This document shows positions 61,352-64,000 of a stretch of 64,000 bases of DNA, one piece after another. Each line of letters starts with the position of its first letter. Within the stretch, counting starts at the first letter, position 1. The translations under genes and the position numbers were made by a program. The notes beneath the pieces were generated by a model. It had not been told where the DNA came from, made no database searches, and saw only the letters and a list, made by a program, of their open reading frames with translations. Source of the stretch: an uncultured Candidatus Rokubacteria bacterium (lineage in GTDB: Bacteria; Methylomirabilota; Methylomirabilia; Rokubacteriales; DASRDR01). The DNA lies in contig CAWDVE010000019.1 in assembly GCA_963805625.1 (NCBI GenBank), positions 160,001-224,000 of the forward strand, in the 5' to 3' direction.

Positions 61352-63493
61352 ATGAGCATGCGAACCGGCGTGACGACCCTGGCAGGCGTGCTGGCGATGA
61401 TTCTGACGATCGGCCCGATGCCGAGCGCTGGGGCGGATGATCCGCCGGATCCGGGATTCGAGCGGACACCTCCCCGGCTGAGCCTCACCGACGGACAGGT
61501 CTCGTTCTGGCGACCCGGGGCGCAGGACTGGGCGACGGCGCAGATCAATACGCCGCTCGCGCCCGGAGACATGCTCTCGACGCGCTCGCCCGGAACCGTG
61601 GAGGTCCAGATCGGCGCGCGCGCCTTCGTCCGCGCGTGGGCGAACACGCAGCTCGGCCTAGCCAATCAGGATCCGGACTTCATCCAGTTCACGCTGGTGG
61701 CCGGGAGCGCGGTGTTCGACCTTCGCGCACTGGAGCCGGGAGACACCGTGGAGGTGGACACCCCCAACGCCGCCGTCACGATCCAGCAGGCGGGGTACTA
61801 CCGCGTGGACACCACGGGCGAGCGCTCCAGGGTCATGACGCGCGAGGGCGGCCGAGCCACGGTCACGCCGGCCAGCGGGCAAGCGGTAACCATCACGCCA
61901 AGCGAGGAGCTGGTGATCGAAGGGACGGCGCGCCCCCAGCTGGCGGCATACGCCGCGCCACCGCTCGACGACTGGGACCGCTGGAACTACACGCGGACCG
62001 ATCGGCTCCTCGACGCCGTGAGCGCGCGCTACGTCTCCTCCGGCACCTACGGACTGAGCGACCTGGATCCGTATGGCTCCTGGCGGGTGGTCCCGACCTA
62101 CGGGACCGTCTGGGTGCCGACCGGCGTGCCGGTCGGGTGGGCGCCGTACAGCGAGGGGTCGTGGATCATCGACCCCGTGTACGGCTGGACCTGGGTGGAC
62201 GCGGCGCCGTGGGGCTGGGCCCCGTACCACCACGGGCGCTGGTGCTTCGTGGACGGGTACTGGGCCTGGGCGCCCGGCCCCGTGATCGCCCGGCCCGTGT
62301 ATGCCCCCGCGCTGGTGGCCTTCTTCGGTGACCCGGGCGGGGTCGTTGCCGGACCGGGGCCGGCCGTGGGCTGGGTGGCGCTCGGGTGGGGCGAGCCGGT
62401 CGTGCCCTGGTGGGGGCGACGGGGCGGGGTCCACGGACCGTCGTGGCGTGGATGGGGGGGGCCGCGCGTCGTGAACAACGTGATCGTCACCAACACCACC
62501 GTGGTGCGCGTGCAGAACATCACCGTGTACCGGAACGCGGTCGTACCGCGTGCAGTCGTGGCCGTCGATCGAGCGCGCTTTGGCCGCGGTCCGATCACCC
62601 AGCGCGTCGTCCAGGTGGACGGGCAGAGGCTGAGACCGCTCGCGGGCGCGCCCCAGATTTCGGCCACGCCGGCGAGCTTCGCTCCGACGCTGGGTCACGG
62701 CGTCCGACCGCCCGAGGGGATCTTGAACCGGTCGGTGGTCGCAACGCGGCCCGCGCACCGTGAGGCAGAGGCAGCGACGGCGGGCGCCGAGACGGGGGCG
62801 TCGCGGGGAGTGTCCACGCCTCCGCAGCGTCTCGTCGTGACCAGGCCCGAGCCGCAGGAGCCGATCGGCCCAACCCCGCGACCGTCCTTTGGCCGTGGCG
62901 GGCGTGGAACGGTGGAGCGCCCGATGGCCGACCGCAAGGCGTTGCCCGCACCGCCCCGACCGGGCGTGACATCCGCGGGACCGGCGCGTCAGGGTCCTGC
63001 CGGCGTGGCGACGCTGGCGGGCCCGCAACTCACGTCCGAGCCGGGAAGGGGGCCGGTGAGGCGAGAGCCACCGAGTCTCCCGGCTGAGTCGCCGGCGACC
63101 TTGCGGCCGCGGCCAAACGTGGGGCAGGCGGGGAACGCTCCGGGCGGAGCGCTCCACGCAACTCGCCCCCCGAGTAGAGCGGTGCCGGCAGGCGCCCGGC
63201 CGGTCAACGATCCGTCAGAGCCGCTGAAGGGGCGAGAGGCGTCGCCGCCGGCAGCGCGACAGGCTCCCGCCGCGTCCGGTACGCCCGGCGTGGAGCCCAC
63301 GCCCGAGCTCAGGACCAGAGGTAATGGCGCGTCGACGGCGGCGGTCTATTCGAACGGGCGTCCGAACCGAATGGCGACTCGGCCCGAGATCTCCCGGCCG
63401 CCGGCCCATTCGCTGCCGGGAGAGCCCGCCAATCGTCTCGCGCCGGGCAGGGGCCAGCGGAGCCCAACGCCGCCCGGCCAGCCGAAGGGCTAG
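61352..63493 (+). CDS. exported FecR-like/DUF6600 protein with Pro-rich tail
   Basis: Signal peptide, RLSLTDGQVSF, EVDTPN, LDPYGSW, GWAPYSEGSW, PWGWAPYHHGRW, WVALGWGE. Confidence 0.82.
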   Translation: MSMRTGVTTLAGVLAMILTIGPMPSAGADDPPDPGFERTPPRLSLTDGQVSFWRPGAQDWATAQINTPLAPGDMLSTRSPGTVEVQIGARAFVRAWANTQLGLANQDPDFIQFTLVAGSAVFDLRALEPGDTVEVDTPNAAVTIQQAGYYRVDTTGERSRVMTREGGRATVTPASGQAVTITPSEELVIEGTARPQLAAYAAPPLDDWDRWNYTRTDRLLDAVSARYVSSGTYGLSDLDPYGSWRVVPTYGTVWVPTGVPVGWAPYSEGSWIIDPVYGWTWVDAAPWGWAPYHHGRWCFVDGYWAWAPGPVIARPVYAPALVAFFGDPGGVVAGPGPAVGWVALGWGEPVVPWWGRRGGVHGPSWRGWGGPRVVNNVIVTNTTVVRVQNITVYRNAVVPRAVVAVDRARFGRGPITQRVVQVDGQRLRPLAGAPQISATPASFAPTLGHGVRPPEGILNRSVVATRPAHREAEAATAGAETGASRGVSTPPQRLVVTRPEPQEPIGPTPRPSFGRGGRGTVERPMADRKALPAPPRPGVTSAGPARQGPAGVATLAGPQLTSEPGRGPVRREPPSLPAESPATLRPRPNVGQAGNAPGGALHATRPPSRAVPAGARPVNDPSEPLKGREASPPAARQAPAASGTPGVEPTPELRTRGNGASTAAVYSNGRPNRMATRPEISRPPAHSLPGEPANRLAPGRGQRSPTPPGQPKG

Positions 63494-63503
63494 CCGAGCG
63501 GGA

Positions 63504-63713
63504 TCAGCGCGCCGGGCCCGTGGCCCGGCTCCGGACGACGGCCGCGCGGCGCCCGAGTGCCCGGATGGCAGCGACCGTCCGCTCCGCCGCGGCGCGGTCC
63601 TGCCGGCAGTTGACCACCACGTCGGCGCCCTCCCGGGCGATGCCGAGTGCGATGGCCTGGCCGATGCTGCGGGAGCCGCCCGTCACGAGGGCCCGCTGTC
63701 CCTGGAGGCGCAT
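63504..63713 (-). pseudogene. short-chain dehydrogenase, N-terminal fragment
   Basis: MRLQGQRALVTGGSRSIGQAIA..REGADVVVN; stops after 69 aa. Confidence 0.7.
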
Positions 63714-63759
63714 ACGAGAATCTACTGCCGACGGGGGGCCCGAGACTACCCTGGTGGGG

Positions 63760-64000
63760 ATGGCTCCGAGGGCGCGCCGCGGGGGGGAGCTCGAGACCCT
63801 TAAGGGGCGAATCGCCGAGGCGTTCGTCGAGGCGATCTTCCGGCGGGCCGGCTACCGGGTGTCGCGTTCCGGTCGCGAGAGCCAGTTCCAGCGGATGATC
63901 AGGGTTGGGTCCGACTCCTTCCTGCCCGACTTCCTGCTGCGCAAACCGGCCGGAGAGACGCCCACCGGTCGGCCGCTCCACCGGCTGATCCCGGTCGAGG
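63760..64000 (+). CDS. PD-(D/E)xK nuclease-fold protein (partial, runs out of window)
   Basis: LKGRIAEAFVEAIFRRAGYRV..FLPDFLLR..LIPVE. Confidence 0.6.
   Translation, partial: MAPRARRGGELETLKGRIAEAFVEAIFRRAGYRVSRSGRESQFQRMIRVGSDSFLPDFLLRKPAGETPTGRPLHRLIPVE

Noticed and set aside
1-64000. CRISPR array, tRNA/rRNA, prophage or complete named defence system
   Set aside because: No regularly spaced repeats, RNA gene signatures, phage genes or cyclic-oligonucleotide synthase were seen by manual reading; a covariance-model scan was not possible.

Overview
Very GC-rich (roughly 70% by eye) bacterial chromosomal segment. Gene content and style suggest a soil lineage such as Ca. Rokubacteria/Methylomirabilota (inference only). 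Many genes carry single-base indels, consistent with long-read assembly error, and about a dozen others are truncated or internally deleted. No rRNA, tRNA, CRISPR array, prophage or intact transposase was seen. Main content: (1) DNA topology and repair genes: topoisomerase VI subunit B, topoisomerase IB, an xth-ligC / Prim-PolC cluster and a PD-(D/E)xK nuclease start. (2) Transporters: Fe3+/thiamine-type ABC, TRAP, Pot-type ABC and Liv permeases. (3) Many catabolic enzymes: flavoproteins, TauD, amidohydrolases, an enolase-family epimerase and a DgcA/StcD-like OYE. (4) A class III cyclase-AAA-TPR gene and a 1218-aa membrane patatin. Most notable observations: a UGA-interrupted AhpC/TSA gene (U-P-F-C with a SECIS-like hairpin) directly behind the cyclase; a small-protein plus M29-type metallopeptidase pair that could be a peptide/processing system; an apparently exported proteasome-beta-like Ntn hydrolase next to a LAS/M15-like Zn peptidase; a small protein with a duplicated His/Cys metal-binding module; and several sigma-54 promoter matches.
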